This document shows, in pieces, positions 62,579 to 64,000 of a stretch of DNA of 64,000 bases; positions within the stretch are counted from its first letter, which is position 1; each line of letters opens with the position of its first letter. Under the pieces are notes generated by a model. It saw nothing but the letters and a program-made list of their open reading frames with translations, made no database searches and was not told the origin of the DNA. The DNA is from Pseudogymnoascus verrucosus. Taxonomy: Eukaryota. The translations under genes and the position numbers were made by a program. The stretch lies in assembly GCA_001662655.1 (NCBI GenBank), contig KV460261.1. One strand, written 5' to 3'.

Positions 62579-62915
62579 GCAGATTCTAGAGAGGGAAGGC
62601 ACGATCGAGACATGCTTCCTTCCATGTATGGGATATGTGATATGAGGAAGGCGCGATGGACGCACTTGCCATTCTATACTTTATGTCATGCAAAGATTCC
62701 AGAGATGGAAGGCACAATCGGGACACGCTTCCTTCCATATTCGGAGAATGGGGTCTGGGATGTGAGGAAGGCACGATGCATACACTTTTCATTCTATACT
62801 CGGCGCAGATTTTAGAGATGGAAGGCACGATTGGGACATGCTTCTATCTATATTCGGAGAATGGGATCTGAGATACAAGGAAGGCGCGATGCATGCACTT
62901 TCCATTTCATGCTCG
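62579..62915. repeat. Three diverged tandem copies of an approx. 110-117-bp unit
   Basis: Each unit starts near AGATTYYAGAGA and contains GGAAGGCAC(G/A)AT...GACAYGCTTC...GGAAGGCRCGATG...CACTT..CATT. Confidence 0.8.
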
Positions 62916-63487
62916 ATGCTGTGGGCTTGGATTTTCTCAGATAATTTGTAGTTTTATTATTGTATCTTCTCTCCTATAGTTTCTTCTCTTGAGAGTGTGC
63001 TATTCTTTCTGCTTTTTCTTTTTCTTTTCTTCTTCTTCTTTTTTCACTTCCTTGCCTGCCCCCTTGCCTGCTCCCTTGCGCACGCCAAACAAAAGAAAAA
63101 GGGTCGCCAAACGAAAAACGTAGATCATAAAACTCCCCGCCTCAAAGTGAGGGAGTGGGGTATCTATCATCTCGCATCCATCAATCATCCACCCATCCCC
63201 CAACCCCCCGTCCAAAACTTCCTCCTTGGGCTCCCAAGCGAGGTTCGGAATCCAAACACCCGCTGACCACACCACCGAGCAACACGCAATCAAGCAAGCA
63301 AAGCAAGGAAATGCTAAGGCGAGGCAGGGTATCTAGAGTAGACAGATTGCCAATGATGGGGGCGGAGAAAAGAGGAAAATAGCGGGATACTTCTCTTCCA
63401 GACGAGGTGGGAGTGTCCAGTAAACGGGCGCGTAGACCTAGATATTAGCATGCCAAAGTTGCCCATGACGAGCTGAATGAGCAGTCA

Positions 63488-64000
63488 TCACAGCTGCACG
63501 TAATCCTTCTCGAGCATCTCTGCATCCCCCTCCCCCTCCAGCCCCAGCACCTCCAGATCATCAGAATCCACATCGTCACTCCCAATCTCCTCGCCCTCCT
63601 CCTCCTCGCTCTCCAGATCGCTGCCCTCCTCCCCCTCCATCGCCGCGTTCTTGCGCAGCATACTCGCCTTCAGCCGATGCGGCAGCTTACATCCCTTCGT
63701 CTTGCACTCTCCCGTCCTGCTAAACTCAGGACACTCCACTACATGTCGCTCGTCGCACTCCGCGCCCCGCTCGCAGTACCCGTACACAGCAAACGCGCGA
63801 CACACCGGCGCCGATGCCGATACCCGCACGTGCGCGTACCGACAGCTTTCGTTGGCGCAGTTGCCCCGCGCGAAGTGCAGGCAGGCGGGTGTCCGCGAGG
63901 GCGTCGCCTCGTGCGAGAGGTCGCAGGAATCGCCTGCGGCGCAGGTGCCCGTCTGCAGGAAGTCCTTGCAGATAGCGACTTTGGCCGGGTCGTGAGTGTA
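63488..64000 (-). CDS. Tandem CCCH zinc-finger protein (ZC3H3/Red5-like), 3' part only
   Basis: Open frame from the window edge: CKDFLQTGTCAAGDSCDLSH, CLHFARGNCANESCRYAH, CRAFAVYGYCERGAECDERH, CPEFSRTGECKTKGCKLPH, then an acidic tail. Confidence 0.85.
   Translation of the reverse strand, partial: YTHDPAKVAICKDFLQTGTCAAGDSCDLSHEATPSRTPACLHFARGNCANESCRYAHVRVSASAPVCRAFAVYGYCERGAECDERHVVECPEFSRTGECKTKGCKLPHRLKASMLRKNAAMEGEEGSDLESEEEEGEEIGSDDVDSDDLEVLGLEGEGDAEMLEKDYVQL

Overview
Genomic DNA from a filamentous ascomycete (short GT-AG introns with CTRAC branch sites, Pezizomycotina-type genes; a Leotiomycete such as Pseudogymnoascus is a guess, not shown). The left end is an intact-looking pogo/Fot1 DD35D transposon with its right TIR. 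It is followed by a compact six-gene cluster (1.8-16.3 kb): GH78 alpha-L-rhamnosidase, C2H2/fungal-specific transcription factor, MFS sugar porter, quercetin 2,3-dioxygenase-like cupin, HSL-type esterase and FAD monooxygenase. This reads as an intracellular flavonol-rhamnoside degradation pathway. All four of its promoter regions carry 3-4 copies of GTCCAC/GTGGAC, which nearly matches the site predicted for the cluster's own zinc fingers. The rest holds mostly core or accessory genes: phospholipase B, ACE1/SltA, aldehyde reductase, acid sphingomyelinase, an AsaB-like oxidase, a disrupted NACHT-ankyrin NLR, two membrane proteins, a UBE3D/Ipa1-like gene, a questin-oxidase-like gene, a Sel1/DSF2-like gene, a bZIP with a hydrophobic segment and a partial CCCH protein. 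The UBE3D-like intron appears to host an snR81-like H/ACA RNA whose 5' pocket fits U2 snRNA psi-42. Exon boundaries were read by eye and family calls rest on motif recognition, not database searches.
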